32,000 bases of DNA from Candidatus Saccharimonadota bacterium (GCA_020160975.1 JAIUPJ010000001.1:150001-182000), one strand, 5' to 3'. Positions 16,735 through 25,668 are shown, counted from the first letter of the stretch. Numbers and translations: made by a program. Notes: generated by a model not told the origin, from the letters alone.

Positions 16735-17217
16735 ATGAAAGGCAAAAAGCCCACGAAATCGAAATCTACTGCGCCCATCATTAATCGCCGGGCGAAATTT
16801 GATTATGAACTTGGCGACGAGATTGTCGCCGGAGTAGTGCTGACTGGTCCAGAAGTTCGTGCTGCCCGCGATGGACACATCCAGCTCAAGGGGAGCTATG
16901 TGACAATCAAAAATGATGAGCTCTGGCTCAACAACGCCAGCTTTAGCCTGAAACTCAACGAGCGTGGCAAAGCAGGAGCCCGTACCGTCGACACCGAAGC
17001 CCGCAAGTTACTCGCAAGTCGCAAGCAGATTACACAGCTGGCACTGCAAAAAAAGTCCGGCATGACGATCGTGCCGACAAAGCTACTGACAAAAGGTAAG
17101 TTCATCAAGCTTGTCATCGCACTCGGAAAAGGCAAGAAGTCATGGGACAAGCGTGAGACTATAAAGCGACGTGACCTCGACCGCGAATACAAAAAATCCA
17201 CCAAATTTCATGCCTAA
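16735..17217 (+). CDS. smpB: SsrA-binding protein SmpB
   Basis: 160 aa from the internal ATG of track ORF 16687..17217. NRRAKFDYELGDEIVAGVVLTGPEV, KLLASRKQI, GKGKKSWDKRETIKRRDLDRE are SmpB-typical. Confidence 0.92.
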   Translation: MKGKKPTKSKSTAPIINRRAKFDYELGDEIVAGVVLTGPEVRAARDGHIQLKGSYVTIKNDELWLNNASFSLKLNERGKAGARTVDTEARKLLASRKQITQLALQKKSGMTIVPTKLLTKGKFIKLVIALGKGKKSWDKRETIKRRDLDREYKKSTKFHA

Positions 17218-17686
17218 AGAGTATATCCGTCAGCCATTTTGGAAGACAATCTTTCTGATACCTGCTGGAATTTCGCTCAAGCTACTGCTCGCGCTGGTAT
17301 GGCGACGACCGACACCGCGCACTCGGGTGCTCATACGACACGACGATAAAATCCTCATGGTGTCAAACATCACGTCACCGTGGCAATGGACGCTCCCCGG
17401 CGGTGGATACAACACGAACGAAACTGCCAGCGAATGTAGCGCTCGCGAAGTCAGAGAAGAGCTTGCTATCGACATTGCTGTCAATGAATATACGTTTATT
17501 GGCCACTACCGCGAACGTATTCATGGCGTGACGTGGCGCTATGACTGCACGCAGGCAATGCTCCATACTCAGCCTTTTCTCCGTCTTAGTATGGAGATTT
17601 TTCGAGCAAAGTGGTTGCCTATAGATACGCTGCCATCCAGCACACCCGACTATATACAAAAGGCCATCGGTGCTGTCGAAAAGTAG
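17210..17686 (+). CDS. Nudix hydrolase
   Basis: Nudix box GGGYNTNETASECSAREVREELAI. Start ATG 17210 overlaps the smpB stop by 8 nt (the longer track start 17171 lies inside smpB). Hydrophobic N-terminal segment. Confidence 0.8.
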   Translation: MPKEYIRQPFWKTIFLIPAGISLKLLLALVWRRPTPRTRVLIRHDDKILMVSNITSPWQWTLPGGGYNTNETASECSAREVREELAIDIAVNEYTFIGHYRERIHGVTWRYDCTQAMLHTQPFLRLSMEIFRAKWLPIDTLPSSTPDYIQKAIGAVEK

Positions 17687-17689
17687 CAG

Positions 17690-17698
17690 TGCTATACT
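17690..17698 (+). promoter_or_regulatory. extended -10 box (TGcTATACT) 7 nt upstream of the hydrolase ATG
   Basis: TGCTATACT-atatttt-ATG(17706). No SD. Confidence 0.45.
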
Positions 17699-17705
17699 AT
17701 ATTTT

Positions 17706-18566
17706 ATGCAACAAACGCTTTCTCTTTCGACTGGCACCACTGTTCATTACTGGACACATCGTTCTGAGCTAAAAGCAACGATTGTTATGATTCACGGCAT
17801 TACAGGAAACCACGAAGGCTTTCAGTATATCGAGCCACTGCTTGATACGTACCGGTTAATTATTCCCGACCTCCCAGGGTTCGGCGAGAGCGATCTTCCA
17901 GTTAGTAGCGAGTGGTCTATTGAAGACCTGGCGCGACTGACGAACGAGTTCATAGCAAAGCTCGAGCTTACCGAACCGCCCATTATCCTCGGTCATTCTA
18001 TGGGAGGATTAGTGGTGAGCGCTATGGTAGCGCAAAGTCCTGGGCTTTTTAGTGATATCATTTTGATAAGCCCGGTACCAACCCGCGTCACAAAACGAGA
18101 TAGTCGCTACATAGGAGCCACTCTCGGTGGGCTACATTACAAACTCGGCTCTAGACTCGGTAAATCTGGGGAAAAACTAGTGAAGAGTCGCACAATATCA
18201 GCAGTCACGACTAGTGTGATGACAAAGACTTTTGACAGCGCACGCAAAAAAGACATCCAGCAGCACCACTTCGACAATCTAGAAAGAATTAGTAGTAGCG
18301 CGTTTTACTATGCGCTCCATCAGGATATCAATCGTCAAGGTGCTATCGATTATGCAGACATTCTCAAGAAAAAACGCGTTGCGCTTATCGTCGGAGATGA
18401 TGATATCGTCACACCTCTTGACGAAGAAAAAAAACTTGCTGCTGCTATCGAGCCAGCGCAGTTTACTGTTATTTCAGGAGTCGGACACCTAATTCACTAT
18501 GAGAAAGCGGCCGAGGCCGCCGAAGCGATTAAAGCTTTTTTATCTCCTCGTCAGTCATCGCACTAA
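17706..18566 (+). CDS. alpha/beta-fold hydrolase
   Basis: 286 aa from the internal ATG. HG oxyanion motif (VMIHGITGNHEGF), nucleophile elbow GHSMGG, C-terminal GVGHLIHYEK (catalytic His region). Confidence 0.8.
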   Translation: MQQTLSLSTGTTVHYWTHRSELKATIVMIHGITGNHEGFQYIEPLLDTYRLIIPDLPGFGESDLPVSSEWSIEDLARLTNEFIAKLELTEPPIILGHSMGGLVVSAMVAQSPGLFSDIILISPVPTRVTKRDSRYIGATLGGLHYKLGSRLGKSGEKLVKSRTISAVTTSVMTKTFDSARKKDIQQHHFDNLERISSSAFYYALHQDINRQGAIDYADILKKKRVALIVGDDDIVTPLDEEKKLAAAIEPAQFTVISGVGHLIHYEKAAEAAEAIKAFLSPRQSSH

Positions 18567-19839
18567 GCTCTTCGTCGTCACTTGAGCGAACTGCACGAAT
18601 GTACTCTACAAATTCACTTTCCAAAATTCTATCGCGCCAACCACTTGGTCGAGCGGTAATTTCTTCAGCCTTTTTCTCGATTACCGCTTCGTACAATGCT
18701 ACGAACTGCTCGATAGTGAAGTCAAGATTATGGCTGCGTGCAATCGCTAAACTTTCTTGAGAAAATTCTTCGCGTAGCGAGTCGTCGTCGAGCACGGCAA
18801 TAATTTTTTCGGCCGCCATATCATAGTCGTCGAGATCGAATAAATACCCGTTCTCTCCATCGTGGCATAGCTCAGATAACGCCCCCGCATCGACCGCCAC
18901 AACTGGCTGGCCGCTCGCCATCGCTTCGAGCGCGGCGATACACTGTAGCTCAGCAGGCGAGGCGACAGCAAACAATGTACCGATACGATGCAGCTCAGCC
19001 TTGTCCTCTTCAGGTACTCGTCCTGTAAACGTCACGTGTTCATCAATACCAAGCTCCTCGGCGAGTTGTTGAGAATTTTCCAGGTCGACACCACTTCCCA
19101 CAATCATCATATGGACATCATGGGTCTCGAGAATCTTTTTCATTGCCCTTAGCAACACCCATACATGCTTTTCGGCATCAAGTCGACCGAGATAGGTGAT
19201 GATGGGCTTATCGGTAGGCAAATGATACGTATCATACAATTCTTCTCGCACCTCGCCCGGAGAATACTCGTTAAGATTGATACCATTTGAAATCACATAT
19301 AGTGGGGCATCGAGCTTTGAGGTAAATTTAGCAAAGCCATCGATACCTGATTTTGTCGGTGATGTCACCGCATCAGACTTCGAGTGGTAGCGTCGGCCAA
19401 AGTCTGCCAGCATGTAGTTAAATGGCTTTGAAAACGCTGAAAGTTTCGACAGATTATCCATGAGGTTCTCTGGCATCGCGTGGCTCGTCGACACAATGGG
19501 TGTGTCATGACGGCGAGCGATCATTGTTGTGGCTTGACCGATCGCCAGCGGCATCTGGTTATGGATGATATCTGGCTTAAACTCCTGCAAGATATTGCGC
19601 ACTTCAAGCTGCGGCGCCACACAGATACGAATGTTTTGATAAAACGGAAATATCACCGAACGAACTCGATGAATGGGAATGTCGCCATCGTACTCCACAC
19701 TGCGTTTGCCGTCTTGGCTTGGTGCGATGACCAGCACTTCATGACCCGCTGCAACCAGACCACGAGCAAGGTTTTGGCTAAATGTTGCGACGCCATTAAT
19801 AACCGGAGGGTAAAGATCGGACGTGATCAGAATTTTCAT
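18529..19839 (-). CDS. glycosyltransferase, GT4-like (GT-B fold)
   Basis: 436 aa from the internal ATG (MKILITSDLYPPVINGVATFSQNL). C-terminal EAMASGQPVVAVDAGALSELCHDGENGYLF motif. The track N-terminal extension would overlap the divergent promoter region. Confidence 0.85.
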   Translation of the reverse strand: MKILITSDLYPPVINGVATFSQNLARGLVAAGHEVLVIAPSQDGKRSVEYDGDIPIHRVRSVIFPFYQNIRICVAPQLEVRNILQEFKPDIIHNQMPLAIGQATTMIARRHDTPIVSTSHAMPENLMDNLSKLSAFSKPFNYMLADFGRRYHSKSDAVTSPTKSGIDGFAKFTSKLDAPLYVISNGINLNEYSPGEVREELYDTYHLPTDKPIITYLGRLDAEKHVWVLLRAMKKILETHDVHMMIVGSGVDLENSQQLAEELGIDEHVTFTGRVPEEDKAELHRIGTLFAVASPAELQCIAALEAMASGQPVVAVDAGALSELCHDGENGYLFDLDDYDMAAEKIIAVLDDDSLREEFSQESLAIARSHNLDFTIEQFVALYEAVIEKKAEEITARPSGWRDRILESEFVEYIRAVRSSDDEELSAMTDEEIKKL

Positions 19840-19846
19840 TATGTCT

Positions 19847-19855
19847 ATTATAGCA
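19847..19855 (-). promoter_or_regulatory. extended -10 box (TGcTATAAT) 7 nt upstream of the GT4 ATG
   Basis: Minus strand reads ATGCTATAAT-agacata-ATG(19839). Confidence 0.5.
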
Positions 19856-19932
19856 TTGTCGACACAACTGGAAATGCGAGTATCGCTCGTGAAATATCGT
19901 ATTGCTGCGTTCGAGGTATAATGCATAGCAGC

Positions 19933-21027
19933 ATGAAAATAATTTACGATGCACGGTGGATACTGGTAGATAATCGATTTGATGGAGTCAGTCGTTATAG
20001 TCTTGAGCTCGCAAAAGAGCTCGCCAAACGCGACGACCTTGACATCACGTGGCTGATCTACGACGAGCGCCAGCTCGCCAAACTTCCATCTCGTCCAGCG
20101 ATCTACGCCAACAACCCGAACGATGGATTTCGAGAGCTATTTCTCGCTCGTACGCTCAACAAAGCGGGAGCCGATGCCGTGTATTCGCCATTTTTTGTCA
20201 TGGGAACGCTCGGCAAGCGCTATAAGCTCGTGCTGACGATACATGACATGATCTATTTTACCCATCGCACACCACCACAGTGGCTACCATGGCATGTACG
20301 CCTCGGCTGGAGACTGTTTCACTTGACCTACTGGCCAATGCGCTGGCAACTCAACCGCGCCGATGCAGTGGCGACCGTCAGCGACACAGCTCGCCAAGAG
20401 CTTCTGGATGCTCATGCGACCAAGCGAGCTATCGTAACGGTTGCAAATGCCGTCAGTGACAACTTCAGAGACACGGTGAAACGAGACCATAGCGCTATGG
20501 ACGGCGTAGTGTATATGGGGGCATTCACCCCGTACAAAAATGTCGAGTGCGTTATCGATGCTGTCGCGCTCGTACCGGATGTCACGCTGCATCTTTGCGG
20601 TAAATTACCGCCAGCGCGCAGACCGGCTATCGAAGCGCGTATCGCCAAGCATGACATTGCAAATCGTGTCGTGATTTATGACGGCACAACTGATGAAGAA
20701 TACAAAGAAGCGCTGGCGCAAGCACGCTGCGCTATCTCGGCTAGTCGTCTCGAAGGGTTTGGATTACCGCTACTGGAAGCCCAGCAATTCGGCGTCCCGT
20801 TCGTCGCCGCGGATACACGAATTTTCCGCGAAGTCGGGCAGGAGAGTGTGTTGTTTTTTGACCCTGATTCGCCAGAGCAAGCCGCCAAGCATATTCGCAG
20901 CCTCGCCGACAAAGCCACAAATCAAAAGTATGTCACTCTTGGTCATGAAAATGCCGCCCGCTACAGCTGGACAAACTCCGCCAACAAAGCTGCCGAAATG
21001 ATGAACGCTATCACGCACAAAAGCTAA
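19933..21027 (+). CDS. glycosyltransferase, GT1/GT4-like (GT-B fold)
   Basis: 364 aa from MKIIYDARW. GFGLPLLEAQQFGVPFVAADTRIFREV motif. The track ORF 19480..21027 N-terminal part overlaps the divergent GT4 gene and is rejected. ATG 19921 is an alternative start. TATAAT at 19917..19922. Confidence 0.8.
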   Translation: MKIIYDARWILVDNRFDGVSRYSLELAKELAKRDDLDITWLIYDERQLAKLPSRPAIYANNPNDGFRELFLARTLNKAGADAVYSPFFVMGTLGKRYKLVLTIHDMIYFTHRTPPQWLPWHVRLGWRLFHLTYWPMRWQLNRADAVATVSDTARQELLDAHATKRAIVTVANAVSDNFRDTVKRDHSAMDGVVYMGAFTPYKNVECVIDAVALVPDVTLHLCGKLPPARRPAIEARIAKHDIANRVVIYDGTTDEEYKEALAQARCAISASRLEGFGLPLLEAQQFGVPFVAADTRIFREVGQESVLFFDPDSPEQAAKHIRSLADKATNQKYVTLGHENAARYSWTNSANKAAEMMNAITHKS

Positions 21028-21028
21028 A

Positions 21029-21050
21029 GGCCCAGGACGAATCCTGGGCC
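21029..21050. terminator. perfect 9-bp GC hairpin between convergent genes
   Basis: GGCCCAGGA-cgaa-TCCTGGGCC. In the minus-strand reading it is followed by TTTAGCTTTT, which suits termination of the 21079..21975 gene. No T-run on the plus side. Confidence 0.6.
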
Positions 21051-21078
21051 AGTAGCACCGCGTAGGTAGTAGGGATGG

Positions 21079-21975
21079 TTAGTTGCCGAGCACCAGCTTG
21101 TGGGCGTCGACGTTGGCTCGAGGAGCCTCGGCGATGCCGACATGGGTGCTGTTGACGTAGGCGACTTCGATCTCCTGGGGACCAAAAGCACCCTTCCACT
21201 CCTTCACCGCAACTGGCTGATCAACCGTCTCGTAGTCCTTGCCAAACCACATGAAGACGACACGGTTAGCCAGCTGGTAGAGCGAGCGAGAAGCATACGG
21301 ACCACGGCCCGCAAAACTCTTCAACTCCGACGCAACGCGCCAGAGCGGGGTCCGCTTGGCAGCCGCCACTGACTCGTCGATGAAGGTCCGGTGGGCCCCC
21401 GCTTCGATGTTCTCCGGCTTGGGAGCACCAGCCAGTATCTGACCAGCAGGCAACAAGCCAAAAACCGAACCGAAGGGGATGTGCGCGATACTCCGCGAGA
21501 CGTACTTGAGCGGTCCGAAGATCGCCCTGTACGTCATGGGTGCGCCTTCGAGCAGGAGAGTACTGCTCGGCAGACTCACACCTCGTTTCTCGAGAAGCAG
21601 CAATGTGTCGACTGCTCCTCGTGCGCCGAGCGACAAGCCGTCGAAGACGACGTCAGTGTAGTGGTTCGCGCGGATGGCCGTCTCGATTGCCTCTGCGGCC
21701 TTCCGTGCGACACACCCAGGGCAATACAACCCAGTCGCCTTGACGAACAGGAGGTCATACCCGTTGTTGCGATACCAATCGGCAACTGCGCCGAACTGCG
21801 TGTCGACGTCGCCCATCAAGCCGGCGTACAGCACAGCCAGCTTGCGGTTGTTCTCCGCAAGCTTGCTCCGCACGGTCGCACCAGTCGGCATCAGCTGACG
21901 GCTCAGTCCGTCGATGAGAGCCAACAGGATCAGCGCCACAACCACGAGTGAAATGACCTTGATCACCTCAATCAC
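21079..21975 (-). CDS. GC-rich membrane-anchored alpha/beta-hydrolase-like protein
   Basis: 298-aa ORF (GTG start; GTG at 21966 fits the AAGGTAGG SD better). N-terminal TM (VISLVVVALILLALI). GLSLGA nucleophile-elbow-like motif. About 65% G+C by hand count (79/120 over 21301..21420). Confidence 0.55.
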   Translation of the reverse strand: MIEVIKVISLVVVALILLALIDGLSRQLMPTGATVRSKLAENNRKLAVLYAGLMGDVDTQFGAVADWYRNNGYDLLFVKATGLYCPGCVARKAAEAIETAIRANHYTDVVFDGLSLGARGAVDTLLLLEKRGVSLPSSTLLLEGAPMTYRAIFGPLKYVSRSIAHIPFGSVFGLLPAGQILAGAPKPENIEAGAHRTFIDESVAAAKRTPLWRVASELKSFAGRGPYASRSLYQLANRVVFMWFGKDYETVDQPVAVKEWKGAFGPQEIEVAYVNSTHVGIAEAPRANVDAHKLVLGN

Positions 21976-22009
21976 CTACCTTAAAGATCGCGAACGCTGT
22001 ACGTCCGTT

Positions 22010-22024
22010 GTAGCACGGTGCTAC
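22010..22024. promoter_or_regulatory. perfect 15-bp palindrome in the 5' leader of the GC-rich hydrolase gene (operator or RNA hairpin candidate)
   Basis: GTAGCAC-g-GTGCTAC, immediately downstream of the predicted transcription start of the promoter at 22033..22061. Confidence 0.35.
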
Positions 22025-22032
22025 TTATCTAG

Positions 22033-22061
22033 ATTATATCATACTTTGTTCAAATTAGCAA
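22033..22061 (-). promoter_or_regulatory. sigma70-type promoter for the GC-rich hydrolase gene
   Basis: Minus strand: TTGCTA (22061..22056), 17-bp spacer, TGaTATAAT (-10 at 22038..22033). Confidence 0.5.
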
Positions 22062-22083
22062 TATCAAACAGAGGCAGCGATAC

Positions 22084-22908
22084 CTAGTTTGTCAAATATC
22101 GCTTGATCAACCGAATCACTGGGAGAGCCATGGTATCAAATGGCAGCTCAATACTTCGATCTACAATCACACTAGGACAGGGAGTGGCAAAGGGCAGTTC
22201 GCCGGGTAGATCAGAGACTAAGTATTTTTTGGCTGATACTGGTGGCACGACGGGCTGAACAGCGCGCTCACCATCTGCCTTATTGCGAGCTTCGATACTA
22301 CGCACCAGCTCGTCGACAGCTTGCTTCGTTTCAACATCAAGTTCTTCATACGGCTTTGGCATAAAACCAAGTGTACGCTGCGCACTGACGATCGGGTCAC
22401 AGACAAAAAATAGCCCGAGTACATACTCACACAACCCTTCACGCGCCAGCATGGCACCGACTTCTTCGAGCGCGCGGCCGTCGAGTAGCACTGTATCGAA
22501 TCCTTCCATGCGTGCATCGCGCAGCCATTTGCGCAGCAGGTCGTCCTTGAAACTCTGGCTGAGAGGTCGAGCACCAATTTTAGCGCTATTGGTACTAATT
22601 TCAGGACTGTAGAGCAACGCGTCCCGCTGCTGCTTGGTCATGTGATAGACTTCTTTGACACGCTGCACACACTGTTCGGCACGCGCCTCATCGGACAAGT
22701 ATGCGTCGATAGCAGTTGGATTATCAAGGTCGATACCGTCTTCGGTCATAACGAGCACCAGCACACGAAAGACTTGACCCGCATCAATCAACATGACTTT
22801 GTGGCCAAGTTCGTCGCGCAGATAATCTTTGACGAGACTGACAATCGTGCCTTTACCGCTGCGCGCCTGCCCATCGAAGGTTACGAGCTTGGGAAGTGGG
22901 TATTGCAT
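22084..22908 (-). CDS. cytidylate-kinase-like P-loop NMP kinase family protein
   Basis: 274-aa ORF. N-terminal P-loop TFDGQARSGKGT, DAGQVFRVL and VLLDGRALEEVG resemble the Cmk pattern (DG..GSGK..., D.G..YR, DGRD.GT). Longer than typical Cmk. TATAGT (22922..22917) lies 8 nt upstream of the ATG. Confidence 0.55.
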   Translation of the reverse strand: MQYPLPKLVTFDGQARSGKGTIVSLVKDYLRDELGHKVMLIDAGQVFRVLVLVMTEDGIDLDNPTAIDAYLSDEARAEQCVQRVKEVYHMTKQQRDALLYSPEISTNSAKIGARPLSQSFKDDLLRKWLRDARMEGFDTVLLDGRALEEVGAMLAREGLCEYVLGLFFVCDPIVSAQRTLGFMPKPYEELDVETKQAVDELVRSIEARNKADGERAVQPVVPPVSAKKYLVSDLPGELPFATPCPSVIVDRSIELPFDTMALPVIRLIKRYLTN

Positions 22909-23004
22909 TACTCTTTACTATACGACATGTCGCTCGATTTTAAACAATTAAGGCAAAGCCGTTATGCTTGAGACTACGACTGCAAGAGGGTAGGCTAGAG
23001 ATAG

Positions 23005-23643
23005 ATGAGACTCCGTGGGAAATCACAAGAAGCCGCTGGCTACCGTGCTGCTGCTGCCAATGCAGGGCTACTCGCTGCCCGTGCTGGCGCCTGGTGGGCG
23101 ACGGGCAATGACGGATTTATTGTCGATGCTGGCCACGATATGGGTGATGTGATTTCACTCGCTGCCAAAGCAAAGGCAATCGAAACAGAGTCGCACGATA
23201 CGCCCAAGCGCAAGAAGCTTCGTCAACGACTGCGAATTGGGGCAGCAGGACTATTCCTGTCTGGTGGACTCTTCGGGCTCTATACCGGAGCTGACCAACT
23301 CGCCAACGACAAGAGCGAGGACGCTGGCGCGCTTGCACTCGCAACTGCTGTAGCAACTGCTGCTGCAACGTTCGAGATAGCTCGGCGCACTCACGCCCAT
23401 ATCGACGATGGCGATGACCACCATGCCGACCATTCTGCCAGTCACGACCTCAAGTTGCACGTCTGGGGCGACGCCGCGTCCAGCGCCGTCTACGCCACTA
23501 GCTTAGGCCTGCAAGCCATAACAGGTGCGAGCTACGCCGGCTCAGCAGGGGTAGCTGCTTCAGGCCTCATCACGACCGGACTCGCCCTGTGGACGTTTCA
23601 TACGATTAGTAAAGAAACTAAAGAACCGGCTCATGGCCAATAA
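23005..23643 (+). CDS. cation diffusion facilitator-like membrane protein lacking the cytoplasmic C-terminal domain
   Basis: 212-aa ORF. NAGLLAARAGAWWATGNDGFIVDAGHDMGDVISL resembles CDF TM1-TM2 (N..L...K...G...S.AL.ADA.H...D). LKLHVWGDAASSAVYATSL resembles the TM5 H(V/L)LGDALGSV motif. His/Asp-rich loop HAHIDDGDDHHADHSASHD. Ends right after the last TM. Confidence 0.45.
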   Translation: MRLRGKSQEAAGYRAAAANAGLLAARAGAWWATGNDGFIVDAGHDMGDVISLAAKAKAIETESHDTPKRKKLRQRLRIGAAGLFLSGGLFGLYTGADQLANDKSEDAGALALATAVATAAATFEIARRTHAHIDDGDDHHADHSASHDLKLHVWGDAASSAVYATSLGLQAITGASYAGSAGVAASGLITTGLALWTFHTISKETKEPAHGQ

Positions 23644-23753
23644 AATGCGAAGACAATAAAAAACGATCCTGTGGTCGTACGAATGAATTCTATGTTGTTT
23701 GTGGTGGGGCTCAGCGTTCGCCAAGCCCCACCACTCACAATTCTTGCATCACC

Positions 23754-25295
23754 TCACTTCTGGGCGCGTTTACCCAATTCGTCGACAAGCTTGCCAATGC
23801 AGTCTCGTAGCTGTTCCGGCGTAAGTTTCTCGGGTGCGTCGCATCCGATCACAGTTACGTCTGAACTCGGCGTGGTCGTTGAAGGCTCCGCGGGAGTGCT
23901 GCTCGAAAGCGACACAACATTGGGGCTGATGGAATCGTTGATGTCGATCTCCACCCTGTACACGACATTACCGCCACGTTCTGCATAGATCTGCCAGGTG
24001 GTCTGACCCACCGGCAAGAACTCTGTCAGCTTTCCCATGGAGGATTCTTCACCCGTGAAGAACGCGGGCTGACGCTGGTTGACGGCGTCGACAACACGGT
24101 TGTAGAGGCGCTGCATGTCAACGACGCTTCCGTCGTTGGCATTCAGCACATACAGATCATGTCGATTGAGCTCACCCATGACAGCTTCATCGGCCGGAAC
24201 GACCGAATACGCCACCACTTGCTGACTCTGCGTAGAGCCAGGGCGCATTGGAGTGACCCAATAGCGCCGACCATCAGAAGCAGTCAACAAGTACTCAGAC
24301 GGGTTGGCCCATTGGCTCGGCACATCGCTGATGGTGTCGTACCCGAAGTCACGCAACCACTTGTTAACCCAGCCAGCTGAGTAGCCGAAGCTCTCTCGCT
24401 GCTGCTTCGCCAAGCTAGCCGGATAAACCGGACCAGGCAACGCGCCAGTCTCGACCTTCTCGACGAGCTCCATTTTTGGTGCGCCCGAAGGTGAACCCGT
24501 GATGATGATGAGCCCCCCGAAACGATCGGTAGTGACGTGCTCGTACCCGCTCTGCTTCCAGGTCGGGATGACGATGACCGGCTCCTTGACGCCAGACTTG
24601 GAGGTCTGCTTGCAGTACCCCCACATGTCGGAGTTGCTGTACAGATTGTCCGGGTACTCGTCGGCGATCAAGTTCGCCAAGTTATGCCCGAATCTGCCGT
24701 CGAAGGCCATGTCCAGCTCGTAGTCGCCATCGAACGTGCACATGCTGGTCCGGCCAGAGCCATCCCACTCAGCGACACCCACGATGGGCTGGCGCTTCTG
24801 TCCGTCACGAATGGCAGACCAAACCGCACCCGAGGCATACTCGATATACGCGAGGCTGTCCTCCATGATGTACGAGAGCTGATCGCTCTCGCTGGCACGC
24901 TTGAGCACGGTCTTGGCGCCCTGGGCGGACGCCATGCGTGCCTCCCACGACATCGCGAACTTCTTCTCGCTGATGCAGGACTGGACGCCGAGGTTGTTGC
25001 CGACATACACACACTCTCCGTTGCTGCGGCTACTCGTGTCAACGAGCTGCTTCAGGCTGGTGGGCATGGCGTCGGCGTTCTCGACGTGCACTGTGGTATT
25101 GCCGGCAAATGACGCCGATCCAGCACCGATGTTGGTGAACCAACTGACGATGCCGAAGGTGGCCACAAGCGCCGCCGCCACGAAGGCGGCAGTGTTTGCT
25201 CGAGCTACTCTCCCATTTAGGTAGAAGTAGCTCAGACCGGCTATCAGGCCAGCGATGAGCAAGAGGCCGAGCGGGGTAGCCCCGACCGGATTCAT
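23754..25295 (-). CDS. GC-rich orphan envelope protein (2 N-terminal TM helices plus large extracytoplasmic domain)
   Basis: 513-aa ORF. TM1 PLGLLLIAGLIAGLSYFYL, TM2 AAFVAAALVATFGIVSWF. Ser/Thr/Pro linker near the C-terminus (SSSTPAEPSTTTPSS) and paired Cys. About 61% G+C by hand count (73/120 over 24661..24780). No family recognised. Confidence 0.6.
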   Translation of the reverse strand: MNPVGATPLGLLLIAGLIAGLSYFYLNGRVARANTAAFVAAALVATFGIVSWFTNIGAGSASFAGNTTVHVENADAMPTSLKQLVDTSSRSNGECVYVGNNLGVQSCISEKKFAMSWEARMASAQGAKTVLKRASESDQLSYIMEDSLAYIEYASGAVWSAIRDGQKRQPIVGVAEWDGSGRTSMCTFDGDYELDMAFDGRFGHNLANLIADEYPDNLYSNSDMWGYCKQTSKSGVKEPVIVIPTWKQSGYEHVTTDRFGGLIIITGSPSGAPKMELVEKVETGALPGPVYPASLAKQQRESFGYSAGWVNKWLRDFGYDTISDVPSQWANPSEYLLTASDGRRYWVTPMRPGSTQSQQVVAYSVVPADEAVMGELNRHDLYVLNANDGSVVDMQRLYNRVVDAVNQRQPAFFTGEESSMGKLTEFLPVGQTTWQIYAERGGNVVYRVEIDINDSISPNVVSLSSSTPAEPSTTTPSSDVTVIGCDAPEKLTPEQLRDCIGKLVDELGKRAQK

Positions 25296-25352
25296 GCCGT
25301 GAGCAGCAAAATACTGGCGCCAGAGGCCCCAGTGAATCGCTTGCCACAGACT

Positions 25353-25457
25353 CTACTCGCTGTCGGAGTACCACCCAAAGACGGCGTAGCAGATGGCGAG
25401 AAGTGCGGTGATACCAGCACTCCACGCGATGATCGTACGCTTGCGGTCGGATACCAT
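25353..25457 (-). CDS. candidate 34-aa single-TM peptide upstream of the 513-aa gene
   Basis: MVSDRKRTIIAWSAGITALLAICYAVFGWYSDSE. Internal ATG of track ORF 25353..25568, whose upstream part is the AT-rich promoter. GAAGGGA lies 7 nt upstream. Confidence 0.4.
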   Translation of the reverse strand: MVSDRKRTIIAWSAGITALLAICYAVFGWYSDSE

Positions 25458-25539
25458 TTCTGAATCCCTTCTGTAGAGGTTGATTTGATGCAAATTGTGA
25501 TGATCTAGCGTCCAAATAAAATTGGACAGCCTATATTTT

Positions 25540-25568
25540 ATTATAACAAAGAAAGTATATTTTGTCAA
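25540..25568 (-). promoter_or_regulatory. perfect-consensus sigma70 promoter for the 34-aa/513-aa operon
   Basis: Minus strand: TTGACA (25568..25563), 17-bp spacer, TATAAT (25545..25540). Confidence 0.65.
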
Positions 25569-25620
25569 TAATCACCAGAGGTACATGGTTACCCGCACCT
25601 CTCGTTAGAGAGATTCTCTT

Positions 25621-25668
25621 GCAAAACGAACAGCCGCCCGCGCTTCCAGTCAAGGAAGGGCGGGCGGC
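25621..25668 (-). terminator. intrinsic terminator after the 138-aa gene
   Basis: Arms 25633..25647 and 25654..25668 pair over 14 bp with one G-G mismatch, loop of 6 nt. The minus strand continues TGTTCGTTTTGC. Starts 9 nt after the stop at 25677. Confidence 0.7.

Noticed and set aside
19480-19932. N-terminal 151 aa of track ORF 19480..21027
   Set aside because: It overlaps the divergent GT4 gene on the opposite strand and has no GT-like sequence. The GT-B N-terminus (MKIIYDARW) starts at 19933.
22921-22971. 14-codon ORF (MSLDFKQLRQSRYA) after a TACTAT box upstream of the CDF-like gene
   Set aside because: It is too short, has no SD, no coupling to the downstream gene, and a weak -10 match.
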